In this document: piece after piece, positions 18,187-27,600 of the stretch
Numbering within the stretch: the first letter of the stretch is position 1
Layout: each line of letters begins with the position of its first letter
The notes under the pieces: generated by a model
Databases searched by the model: none
Seen by the model: the letters and a program-made list of their open reading frames with translations, nothing else
Told to the model about the DNA's origin: nothing
Made by a program: the position numbers and the translations under genes
Origin: an uncultured Dehalococcoidia bacterium
GTDB lineage: Bacteria; Chloroflexota; Dehalococcoidia; SZUA-161; SpSt-899
DNA length: 59,979 nt
Reading direction: 5' to 3'
Assembly: GCA_964634125.1 (NCBI GenBank)
Contig: CAZWIP010000001.1
Span: 1-59,979 of the forward strand

Positions 18187-18648
18187 CTAGAACCTCATAA
18201 GCTGTGAGCGGCTCTTAGCCACTAGCTCGCCTCGTTGATTAACATGAGTAGTTTCGAATTTAACGAATGTTTTCATACCCTTGGAGCCCTGTTCCTGAGT
18301 GACATCGACATATTTGAAAGTGTTTGTTAGTGTATCACCGGCTGCTACAGGAAGAAGGATATCCCACTCTCCGCCAGCATCAACACCTCGCCCGAGAGGC
18401 AGCTGTGGGCGCAACCGGGTAAAGGCAGAGCTCAGGACAGCCGCAGTGAAGAAGCCCGGAGGGGCAATAATGGAACTGTAGCCCTTGCCTTTGGCGTATT
18501 CCTCATCGTTGTAGAGCGGATTGGTATCTCCGATGGCGGCGGCAAAATTGCGGATCATCGATTTCTCAATATCAAGAGTTTCGACGACTTCTAACTTGCC
18601 GGCCTTTTCTTGTAGTTCTTCAAAAGTCAACGGGATTTCTTCTGGCAT
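18187..18648 (-). CDS. MaoC_dehydrat_N-type hotdog subunit (partner of 17742-18176)
   Basis: It carries IGDTNPLYNDEEYA, comparable to GDPNPLW in 3751-4902. I placed the start at ATG 18648, preceded by AGGAGGA. The longer ORF to 18786 merely reads through an intergenic repeat. Confidence 0.8.
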   Translation of the reverse strand: MPEEIPLTFEELQEKAGKLEVVETLDIEKSMIRNFAAAIGDTNPLYNDEEYAKGKGYSSIIAPPGFFTAAVLSSAFTRLRPQLPLGRGVDAGGEWDILLPVAAGDTLTNTFKYVDVTQEQGSKGMKTFVKFETTHVNQRGELVAKSRSQLMRF

Positions 18649-18743
18649 GTTTCCTCCTATCTCATTTTCTCCTCGCCCTGGAGGGAGAGGCTGGGTGAGG
18701 GTGAATTCCCCCTTACTCAAGAAGGGCACATCATGATGTGTCC

Positions 18744-19964
18744 CTACTTGGCTGCCGGTGGTTCGCCAACAATCGTAATGCCGCAAACGAAGTTGCCGGG
18801 GTGACCACCCTGGTTGTGCGCGATACCCATTTTTAAATCGCCTTTAAGCTGACGGGATGGATCTTCCGCCTTACCCTGGAATTGTTTGTAGAATTCATAA
18901 ATCTCGCGGCCTCCGCTGGCTCCCGCAGGATGGCCAAACGACTTCAAACCACCGCTAACATTGATGGGCATTTCACCTTCCTGCTCCCAGTTGCCGGCAT
19001 CGATATCTTCACGTGATTTGCCTTTCTCAACCAGACCCAGCGATTCAGCGGCAATGACTTCGGCAATAGAGAAACAGTCGTGTAATTCAAAAACCTGCAT
19101 CTCTTTACGTGGGTCCGTGATTCCAGCCATTGCGTATACCTGCTTGGCACATCGTTCCGTTTCTTCCCAATGGAGGTAATCATAATCAGGCCGTTCCTTG
19201 CCCCAACTGGGGCCACAGGCAATTCCTGATCCTTTAATGGTAATGTAGTCACCATTAGGCCGGAATTTCTTGGCATCTTCAGTTCGAACCAGAATGGCTG
19301 CTGAAGACCCATCATTGATGCCGCAGCAATCGAAAAGTCCCAGCGGCCAGGCGATAATCGGGGCGTTCAAAACCTGTTCCACGCTTACTGCTTTGCGCAG
19401 AGCGGCCTTGGGATTCCTCGAACCGTTATAGTGACTCTTCACCGAAACTTTGGCCAGCATGGTCTTGCCCTCTTCAGGGGTCAACCCATAATAGGAAAAA
19501 TATCGGGTAGCGGCCAGAGCATAACGAGCCACACCGCCACCTACTTCAGGCGCTGCGCCATAAACCGGGTGCCATTTACCGGGAAAGGCCTGGGGAATTC
19601 CGCCGAATCCGGCATCTTTCATCTTTTCAACTCCAAGAGCCAAACAGACATCATACGCGCCAGCAATGAGTGCCATAGCTGCGCCTCTGAAGGTTTCGGC
19701 ACCGGTGCCACAGGCATTTTCCACGTGGGTCACCGGAATATAGTCGAACTGCAAAGCGCCCGCTGCCATAATACCGGTCATGGCAATATCAGAATTAACA
19801 TATCCCAGCCAGCAGGCCTGAATATCCGTTGTTTCAATACCCGCGTCCTCGCAGGCTTCATAAGTGGATTCCACCATCAGGTCCTCGGGACCTTTATCCC
19901 AGAGCTCACCGAAAGCGGTACAGCCCATACCAACTATTGCGACTTTATCTTTAATGCTTTCCAT
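18744..19964 (-). CDS. SCP-x-type thiolase (thiolase domain protein)
   Basis: The nucleophile Cys sits in VENACGTG. ELHDCFS and GHPAGASG blocks are present near the C-terminus. 406 aa. Confidence 0.9.
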   Translation of the reverse strand: MESIKDKVAIVGMGCTAFGELWDKGPEDLMVESTYEACEDAGIETTDIQACWLGYVNSDIAMTGIMAAGALQFDYIPVTHVENACGTGAETFRGAAMALIAGAYDVCLALGVEKMKDAGFGGIPQAFPGKWHPVYGAAPEVGGGVARYALAATRYFSYYGLTPEEGKTMLAKVSVKSHYNGSRNPKAALRKAVSVEQVLNAPIIAWPLGLFDCCGINDGSSAAILVRTEDAKKFRPNGDYITIKGSGIACGPSWGKERPDYDYLHWEETERCAKQVYAMAGITDPRKEMQVFELHDCFSIAEVIAAESLGLVEKGKSREDIDAGNWEQEGEMPINVSGGLKSFGHPAGASGGREIYEFYKQFQGKAEDPSRQLKGDLKMGIAHNQGGHPGNFVCGITIVGEPPAAK

Positions 19965-20096
19965 CTACTTTCCCTCTCTTTTTAACCCGCTCGTGTAGTA
20001 TCCAACAACTCTCTACACTTTGTCATTCCGGGCTTGACCTGGAATCTATTCGTTTTGGTCGAGATTCCTACTCCCTACAATTGGGAGAAGGTAATG

Positions 20097-20115
20097 ACCG
20101 GGGGACACCCCCGGA
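20097..20115. repeat. hairpin repeat, family D copy 2
   Basis: ACCGGGGGACACCCCCGGA, identical to 15684-15702. It lies 20 nt downstream of the stop codon of 20135-21556. A GTCATTCCGGGCTTGACCTGGAATC hairpin sits nearby at 20022-20046. Confidence 0.65.
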
Positions 20116-20134
20116 CCCCCGACTGGCAGCAATG

Positions 20135-21556
20135 TTAGCACCGTATCGGGCGGACTCTCCAGAAATAGTTAATCAGTTCGGAACCTTCAAGCTGGATTCT
20201 GAAGGTCATCTCCAGCTTCATGCCTACTTCAACTTTTTCGGTATCGCGGTCGGTCATGACACTGTAGAAACGTCCGCCGCCATCGAGATCAACCACGCTG
20301 AATACCTTGGGCAAAACGATCTCCTGAGCCCGATCATCCATGCTGTAGGTAAACAGGGTGCCGGTCACATCGGAAAGCCGGACGAACTCAAAATTGTCTT
20401 TAGCTCTGCAGTACATGCACACCCGCTGCCTGGGAAGCTGGATATTTCCGCAGCTATTGCACTTTTGCCCGTAGAGCTTCCAGACCATTTCCTTATCGCG
20501 CCAGATCACTGGCAGTGATGACGGTCGGGCTGGAACCGTGCCCTTTGCCCATTCCATCATCTGCTTTATCTGAACGTATTTGCCGTAACTGGGGAGCGTC
20601 ATCTTCGATTCCAGATGATTTCTGATCCCACGGCGGTTGCCTTGTATTTTAGTGATATTGTCGGTCACTTTGAGAAGATAGGCATCAGCGCCGTCACCAT
20701 AGGTGGCGAAGAGGATTTTATCTCCCGGTTTAGCTTCTTCCAGTGCGGAGATCAGGATCATCGGGGCCAGCGCTGTGCCGGTGTTTCCGACCGAAGCGCC
20801 CATCGGGTCCTGAACTTGGGTCTTGGGGTCGAGCTTCATCTTCCTGGCCATAGCCGAATGAGTCCGGGGTTCCGGTCCGTAGAAGCACGCCTTGGTAATA
20901 TCCTCAGGCTTGATGTTGAGCTTCTTATAAAGTTCCTTAACCGCCTGGGGGAGAATCTTGAGGTAGCCTTCTTCACGAATAAACCGGTCCTCCCAGACCT
21001 GCATGTATTTATCGCCGGGCTTTCGCCAGACATCGATGAATTCGCTTGAAAGATGATAGCTTCCATCGATAGTAGCGATGACGTCGGTGTCACCAATCAG
21101 TAACGCTGCAGCGCCATCACCAAAAACACCCTCAAATCCTGAATCAGGTGCAGCCAGCCGAGAATCGGAAGCAACCACCATCACGTTCTTCGCTGAACCT
21201 GCTTTGACAGCGTCCTCAGCCGCTCTCAGGGCATTGGTAGCACCCCTAAGCGAATGAGCAATATCCATGGTACTGATATCATCTCGCAGGTCAGCTGCAG
21301 AACGGATGATGCTGGCCGACTGTTTCTCAAGATATGGGGGAGAAACAGTTGCAAAGTACAGGGCATCGACCGAACTCCGATCCATGCCCCTTAGACAATC
21401 TATCGTAGCCTCCACTCCCATCGTCAGGCTGTCTTCATCTGCATTGGCTACCGACCGCTCACCGGAACCGCCGCCCCCACCCCACATCGCACCAATATCT
21501 TTTCGACTAAGTCTGTAAATGGGAATATAGGCACCATAAGAGGTAATTCCAATCAA
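20135..21556 (-). CDS. HMG-CoA synthase-like domain fused to DUF35 (zinc-ribbon + OB-fold) domain
   Basis: The N-terminus GITSYGAYIPIYRLSRKDIG...DEDSLTMGVEA matches the archaeal-type HMGCS start. The C-terminus carries CNSCGNIQLPRQRVCMYC (Cys4 ribbon) followed by an OB-fold. I chose a TTG start at 21556 (AAGGAGG about 9 nt upstream), which matches the start of the paralog at 32210. Confidence 0.85.
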   Translation of the reverse strand: MIGITSYGAYIPIYRLSRKDIGAMWGGGGGSGERSVANADEDSLTMGVEATIDCLRGMDRSSVDALYFATVSPPYLEKQSASIIRSAADLRDDISTMDIAHSLRGATNALRAAEDAVKAGSAKNVMVVASDSRLAAPDSGFEGVFGDGAAALLIGDTDVIATIDGSYHLSSEFIDVWRKPGDKYMQVWEDRFIREEGYLKILPQAVKELYKKLNIKPEDITKACFYGPEPRTHSAMARKMKLDPKTQVQDPMGASVGNTGTALAPMILISALEEAKPGDKILFATYGDGADAYLLKVTDNITKIQGNRRGIRNHLESKMTLPSYGKYVQIKQMMEWAKGTVPARPSSLPVIWRDKEMVWKLYGQKCNSCGNIQLPRQRVCMYCRAKDNFEFVRLSDVTGTLFTYSMDDRAQEIVLPKVFSVVDLDGGGRFYSVMTDRDTEKVEVGMKLEMTFRIQLEGSELINYFWRVRPIRC

Positions 21557-21852
21557 TTTACAAGTCCTCCTTAAACACACTGGGACAAGCATAAAAACTT
21601 GCCTCACAGGTAATTGACCCAAAGAATAATTATAGAGAAAAACCAAACCGATGTCCACCCGAATGAATGACTGGTCACTCTCAATCTTCACGGCGGCAAA
21701 TTTCGTGATTTTAAGGAGATACTCTCTTTTGTTACAGTGGAACCGTTTTAGCCATTATGCTATATGGAAACATGAGTAATATCCTATCGTCCTTACTCCA
21801 TTTAATCCAGATACTAATGAGACTCTTTCTGAAATTGATATATTATTAGGTA

Positions 21853-21880
21853 TTGCATTACTACATATTTGTGATATAAA
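21853..21880 (+). promoter_or_regulatory. promoter candidate for 21956-24501
   Basis: TTGCAT (21853-21858), a 16-nt spacer, then TGATATAAA (an extended -10 element; TATAAA 21875-21880). It sits in an AT-rich divergent region. Confidence 0.35.
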
Positions 21881-21955
21881 TTAACACAACTGGCAGTGAT
21901 GTTAACTCAAATAACCATATAGCCTTTGGAAACGTAAAAGCTAAAGGAGTTAGGT

Positions 21956-23098
21956 ATGGAAGCAACGGATAGTTTATCAGCACACATGAAAACCAGGGTA
22001 ATAGAACTGAAAAAGCTGAAGGATGAAGGGCGAAAAATCATTGGCTACACTCCTGGTGGCTACATGCCCGAGGAACTGGTATATGCCTGTGGGGCAGTGC
22101 CAGTGGGGCTTATTCGTGGTGGCGAGCAAGAACCGGTACTGTATTCCGGAACCTATCTTCCACGCTGGATGGATACTTTTTGCCGTGCCCAGATTGGATA
22201 TAAGATGCTGGGAGAGGACCCCATTTATCAAATGGTGGATTTGCTGGCGGTGCCACTCACTGATAATAATATCAGGGCAGTGGCGGACTGCTGGGATTTC
22301 TATACTGATACTGAGGTGTTCCGGTTTGGTGTCCCCCATCATAAAAGCGATTTTGCGTTCAACTACTACTTGGATGGAATCAACCTGCTCAAAGAAAAAC
22401 TTGAGAGCCTGACCGGGAACAAAATGGATGCGGCGAAGCTTAAGGAAGCTATCGATTTGCGCAACAGAGAGCGTGAGCTTCTCAATCAGATTAGCCTGAT
22501 GCGCATGTCCGATCAACCACCGATAAGTGCAAGGGATTTCATAGAGCTGAACCATAATTCCTTCCTAGCCAATACAAGAGTCATGGTAGAGGCATTGGAA
22601 TCCGTGTGTACTGAACTGAAAAAACAAGGGCCTGCCCGTTCAGTGAAGGGCCCCAGAATTCTGCTCACAGGCTCCACATTGGCCCGCGGGGACTACAAAA
22701 TCCTGAGCCTGATCGAGGAAACCGGAGCGGAAGTGGTGATCGAGGAGTTCGCCGAGGGAATGAGGCATTACTGGGAAACAGTGAATCCTGATGGCGACCT
22801 TATGGAGGCGCTGGCTGATAGATATTTCAGAAGGCGGGTGCCTCCTGCCTGGTTCAGACCGGGCAGGGAACGGCTCGATTTCCTCATAAAACTGGCTAAA
22901 GACTTTAAGGTTGACGGGGTTATCTGGTATCAGCTTATGTATCGTGATTCATATGATTTCGAGTCTTATTATTTCCCTCCCATGCTGGAAAAGGAAACAG
23001 GTTTGCACATGCTCAAGATCGAATCGGACTACGATGATTCCGAGATCGGGCCTTTCCGGACCAGGGTCGAAACCTATATCGAAACTATCAGGAGGTAA
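21956..23098 (+). CDS. 2-hydroxyacyl-CoA dehydratase family protein, second component (paralog of 8845-9996)
   Basis: IIGYTPGGYMPEE and WMDTFCRAQIGY blocks are present. AAGGAG precedes the ATG. The gene order matches the other pair. Confidence 0.9.
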   Translation: MEATDSLSAHMKTRVIELKKLKDEGRKIIGYTPGGYMPEELVYACGAVPVGLIRGGEQEPVLYSGTYLPRWMDTFCRAQIGYKMLGEDPIYQMVDLLAVPLTDNNIRAVADCWDFYTDTEVFRFGVPHHKSDFAFNYYLDGINLLKEKLESLTGNKMDAAKLKEAIDLRNRERELLNQISLMRMSDQPPISARDFIELNHNSFLANTRVMVEALESVCTELKKQGPARSVKGPRILLTGSTLARGDYKILSLIEETGAEVVIEEFAEGMRHYWETVNPDGDLMEALADRYFRRRVPPAWFRPGRERLDFLIKLAKDFKVDGVIWYQLMYRDSYDFESYYFPPMLEKETGLHMLKIESDYDDSEIGPFRTRVETYIETIRR

Positions 23099-23100
23099 CC

Positions 23101-24501
23101 ATGTACACTGAGCTTTTTACACTTTGCGGCTATGAACCGGAGGAAATAGAAAAGGAAACTCCCAGAATCGAAAGAGCCTTCGAGAAGGCGAAGTTGGGGC
23201 GCGAGGATATCGAACGGGCCGAGAGCCGGGTAGGAGAATATTTTGATACCACATCACTTGGTGTGAAGAAAAGCCTGAAGATATGGATGGAGCAGTTCAT
23301 TGATATGGTCCTCGCCAGGGAAGAGGGAAAGAAAATAATATATCCCTCCTACCCTACTGTTCCAGATATCACCCTGGCAATAAACATGGCCTCTGAAAAC
23401 GTTTTTTGCCAGACCCCGGAGATAATTCTCGATATGGTCATGGGCCAGATATTTGGCAAACTAGATCCCATCCTGGAAGCAGCCGAGGCGCATGGACTGT
23501 CCCAGGGGCTGGCCATGTGTTCCCTGAATCAGGCACGAGTTGGGGGGATAATACAAGAAATAGCGCCCATGCCTGACCTCCTGCTGGGTACCGGTTTTTT
23601 CTGCGACCAGACCCCAAAAACAGACGATTACCTCCATGAGGTTTATGGGATACCTATGGTAATCATGGATGGCTGCATGGACTCTAGCTGGGACGAGTTC
23701 CCGGAGATCAGTTCACGACGGATAAAGGCCCTTGGCATTGAAATACGACGAGCGATGGAGGAATGCCAGGATGCGCTGGACATCAAGATAACCGATGAGT
23801 TACTTGAAGAATCTTTTTCAGATTTCACCAAGCTTTGGACCTCTCTGTTCATGCTCTGGGATTATATGAAGAACGATCCGCAACCGATGAGCCTGGTGGA
23901 TTTGGGCCCCTTATGGTGGATGGCAACTTCACCGGACCGCCGGGCTCTGACGGAGGGAATTCAGGTGATTGCCCAGTTAATCAGGGAGGTGCATCAGAAG
24001 GTCAAAGAAGGGAAGGGAGTGGTGGCCAAAGGTGCCCCCAAGGTGCTCATATTTTGCCATCAGGCCACGGATCCGTGTGTGATGCGTATGATTGAGGATG
24101 CTGGCATTGCTGTGCCTACTACTACCCTAATAGGCGTCACTGCGTCCCAGGCTGCAGCATTCGCAGATACAAAATATACTATCTGGGAGGAAAAGGTAGC
24201 CAACAACATGCTCAGTCACGGTTTGTACCACAGCACTCCAGGCAGTATCCACCGATACCGGGAGCTTTGCCAAACCTGGAATGTGGACGGGGTGTTGAAT
24301 TTCTACCATTTCTCCTGTCGTGCAATTTGTATTGCTCCCTTGATGATCAAGAGTGCCATAGAGGAAGATGTGGGCATCCCGGTTCTATCGCTGGAGGGAG
24401 ATTTCTACGATACAAGGCAGTACAGCGCTGAGTCATTAAAAACGCGTGTGGAGACGTTTGCCGACATGTTGACCACAAAAGCAGCAAGCCAAAGCGGTTA
24501 A
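23101..24501 (+). CDS. 2-hydroxyacyl-CoA dehydratase family protein, large component (paralog of 7433-8845)
   Basis: The N-terminus MYTELFTLCGYEPEEIEKE compares with MYYDNLFKICGYTEEEIEKQ in the paralog. AGGAGG precedes the ATG. 466 aa. Confidence 0.9.
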   Translation: MYTELFTLCGYEPEEIEKETPRIERAFEKAKLGREDIERAESRVGEYFDTTSLGVKKSLKIWMEQFIDMVLAREEGKKIIYPSYPTVPDITLAINMASENVFCQTPEIILDMVMGQIFGKLDPILEAAEAHGLSQGLAMCSLNQARVGGIIQEIAPMPDLLLGTGFFCDQTPKTDDYLHEVYGIPMVIMDGCMDSSWDEFPEISSRRIKALGIEIRRAMEECQDALDIKITDELLEESFSDFTKLWTSLFMLWDYMKNDPQPMSLVDLGPLWWMATSPDRRALTEGIQVIAQLIREVHQKVKEGKGVVAKGAPKVLIFCHQATDPCVMRMIEDAGIAVPTTTLIGVTASQAAAFADTKYTIWEEKVANNMLSHGLYHSTPGSIHRYRELCQTWNVDGVLNFYHFSCRAICIAPLMIKSAIEEDVGIPVLSLEGDFYDTRQYSAESLKTRVETFADMLTTKAASQSG

Positions 24502-24527
24502 AGTATCAGAACAAGTACATATATAAC

Positions 24528-24556
24528 TTGCTCCCCTAAAAACAGAGTGATACAAT
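24528..24556 (+). promoter_or_regulatory. promoter candidate for mfd
   Basis: TTGCTC (24528-24533), a 17-nt spacer, then TGATACAAT (TACAAT 24551-24556). An 8-bp-stem hairpin AGGGCTAG/CTAGCCCT (24570-24595) lies between it and the start codon. Confidence 0.4.
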
Positions 24557-24601
24557 CATGGTGTTTAAGAGGGCTAGTCGAACGCGGCTAGCCCTAATGG
24601 T

Positions 24602-27600
24602 GTGAGTATAAAGATGAATCTTTCAGGATTACTCCCTCTGATCAACGACAGGCCAAACTACCAGGATATTATCCAGAACCTGTTGGAAAATAGAGGGAAA
24701 GTATCAATAATTGATACAGCCAAGCCCCTTTTTCTTGCGGGCCTTTCCCATAACCTCAATTTATCGATGCTTGTTATCACGCCAAATATCCAACGGGCAA
24801 AGGTATTATGCGATGAGCTCGTTACATGGTGCAATCCCAAGCACCCGGTTCTCCTCTTCCCCGAATTCAATGTTCTTCCGTATGAACGCCTCACTCCCGA
24901 TTCTTTGACAGTGCAGCAGAGATTACGCGTAATGGCCACACTATGCCAACCAAAACAAGTACCTCCATTGATTGTAGCCTCAGCTCATGCCCTTTCGCAT
25001 AAAACCATATCAGCCACTGACTTCACTGCTGTGTGTCTGGTAGTTAAAATCGGGATGCGTGTCGATATGAGTAAACTCGTAGCTCATTGCATGGATATTG
25101 GCTATGAGACCAGCGAGGTAGTGGAGACACCCGGAACGATAAGCAAGCGCGGCGGTATCGTTGATATTTTTTCTCCAAACAACGATAACCCCGCTCGAAT
25201 TGAATTCTTCGGAGATGAAATCGAAAGCATCCGATGGTTCGATCCAATAACACAACGATCCACCGAACTATCCGAATCACTGACCATTGTTACTGCCCGA
25301 GAAATGCTCTTACCCCCGAAGGATCAACTTGAACGCATCCTGACCGATCTTGATCTTTCGCATTGCAGTAACCAGGCCAGAGACCTGATGTATGAAGACA
25401 TCGATCTTCTATTGAACGGCCAATGGCGCGATGGTCTTGGGTTCTATGCACCCACACTGAACAACTTCACCCTGCTAGACTATTTACCACAACAGGCTCT
25501 CATCATTCTGGATGACCCTGAGAGCATTGTAAATGAGCTTGAAGATCTTGATTCCCAGGCAAATGGCCTGCGGCAGGGCCAGATCGAACGAGGTGAACTA
25601 CCAGGGAATTTCCCCATACCATATTTCGGATGGCCTGAGATAGAAGAGAAATTACTCCAGTGCAAGCAACAAATCCTGCTTGAAAAATGGGGAGATGCCA
25701 GCACCAGTTCGCTTTTCGACTTTGGCATTCCTACCAGCTATTCCGGGCAATTCCCCCGGTTCTTCGAAGATACAAAAGCACACCTTAAAAATAGTAAGCG
25801 CATCATCATCGTCTCCCTACAAGCCGAAAGACTATCTGAGCTTCTTGAAGAACAGGATATTCTGGCTTCCCCTGTATTCAAAATCAATCAATTACCCCCG
25901 ACAGCTTCATTGACCCTGGTTCATGGTTCCCTTTCCGGTGGCTGGAACTTGAACGAGACGATCCTCCTCACCGATTCCGAGCTGTTTGGATTTGCAAAGA
26001 AACGTCGTGTAGCACCAAAGCATCGCGCCCAGCACGAAGTGTTCCTCGCTGACCTTAATATCAACGATTATGTAGTGCATGTTGATCACGGAATTGGCCG
26101 TTTCATCGGGCTGACCAATATGGTTACTGACGGTATAAAACGTGAATACATGATTCTCGAATATGCCGATGACGGTAAACTATACGTTCCAACTGATCAA
26201 GCCGATAGAGTCTCCCGCTATGTGGGCTCCGGTGGTTACGCCCCCTCATTAAGTAAATTGAACACACAGGAATGGGCACGAACGAAACAGAAAGTCAAGC
26301 AAGCAGCAGTTGAGATGGCGCAGGAACTTCTTATTATTTATGCATCTCGTGAGGTCTCCACAGGAATTTCTTTTTCACCCGATAGTATTTGGGAACATGA
26401 ACTTGCAGCATCATTCCCCTATGAAGAAACAGACGATCAAATCCAAACCATATGGGATGTCAAACAAGATATGGAAAGTGCCAGGCCAATGGATCGTCTG
26501 GTATGCGGTGACGTTGGATATGGCAAAACGGAAGTTGCAATACGTGCAGCCTTCAAAGCCGTGAACAGCGGTATGCAGGTCGCAGTTTTAGTTCCCACAA
26601 CTGTACTCGCTCAACAACACTTTTCGACTTTTACTGAAAGACTGGGAGCTTTTCCTGCAACTATCGAAGTGCTGAGCCGCTTCCGTTCCCCCAAAGAACA
26701 ACAAGATATAATTGAAAGGTTGGCAAAGGGATCAGTTGATGTCTGTATCGGGACACATCGTTTAATTCAAAAAGATGTCGTGTTTAAAAACTTGGGATTG
26801 GTGATTATCGATGAGGAACAGAAGTTTGGTGTAGGCCATAAAGAACGACTTAAGAAATTGCGAAGTGAAGTCGATGTTCTCACACTCAGCGCCACACCCA
26901 TTCCGCGTAGTCTTCACATGTCACTTGTCGGAGTCCGTGACATGAGTACTATCGAGACTGCCCCTGAGGAACGCATACCCATAAAAACATACGTTTCTGA
27001 ATACAATAGCGAGTTAATTCGAGAAGCGATTCTTAGAGAGCTCGATCGCAACGGACAGATTTTCTTCGTACACAATCGCGTTCAGAGCATCAACTATGTT
27101 GCCAACCAATTACGTGATCTGGTGCCAGAAGCCACGTTTTCCGTGGGTCACGGACAAATGCCAGAGGAAAAGTTGGAATCGGTGATGCTCGATTTCACTT
27201 CAGGAAAAACCAATGTACTTGTTTGCACTACCATTATCGAATCTGGGCTGGATATGCCCAGCGCCAATACACTGATAATCAATCAATCCGATAAACTCGG
27301 ACTGACCCAGCTTTACCACTTACGCGGCAGAGTCGGTCGAGGTGATGTGAGGGCCTACGCTTATCTTCTGTACGATAAAGGCAAACGACTAACTGAGCCA
27401 GCACAAAAACGCCTTCGAACAATCTTTGAGGCGACCGAACTCGGAGCTGGATTCCGTATTGCTATGAAAGACCTTGAAATTCGCGGGGCTGGCAATATTC
27501 TTGGACCGGAGCAGAGTGGACATGTTGGAGCGGTAGGATTTGATCTATACTGTCGATTGCTGGCCGGGGCCGTCGAGGAATTGAAATCCGGTGACGGCAG

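Noticed and set aside
18649-18786. N-terminal extension of the hotdog subunit ORF overlapping the thiolase 3' end
   Set aside because: The extra 46 codons translate the intergenic GC-rich repeat. ATG 18648 has a perfect AGGAGGA SD.
20507-20520. 13-nt match ACTGGCAGTGATG shared with 21890-21902 in the divergent promoter region
   Set aside because: One copy lies inside coding sequence, and matches of this length are expected by chance dozens of times in a 60-kb window.
18744-21556. Interpretation as a bacterial mevalonate-pathway entry module (thiolase + HMG-CoA synthase)
   Set aside because: The HMGCS-like domain appears to lack the catalytic Glu, Cys and His. No HMG-CoA reductase or mevalonate kinase genes are nearby, and the surrounding genes are degradative (hydratases, SDR, CoA-transferase).
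21557-21691. Long N-terminal extension of the HMGCS-like::DUF35 ORF (six-frame ORF starts at 21691)
   Set aside because: The extension has no homology to the paralog at 32210. A TTG at 21556 with AAGGAGG upstream gives an N-terminus that aligns exactly with the paralog (..GITSYGAY..).
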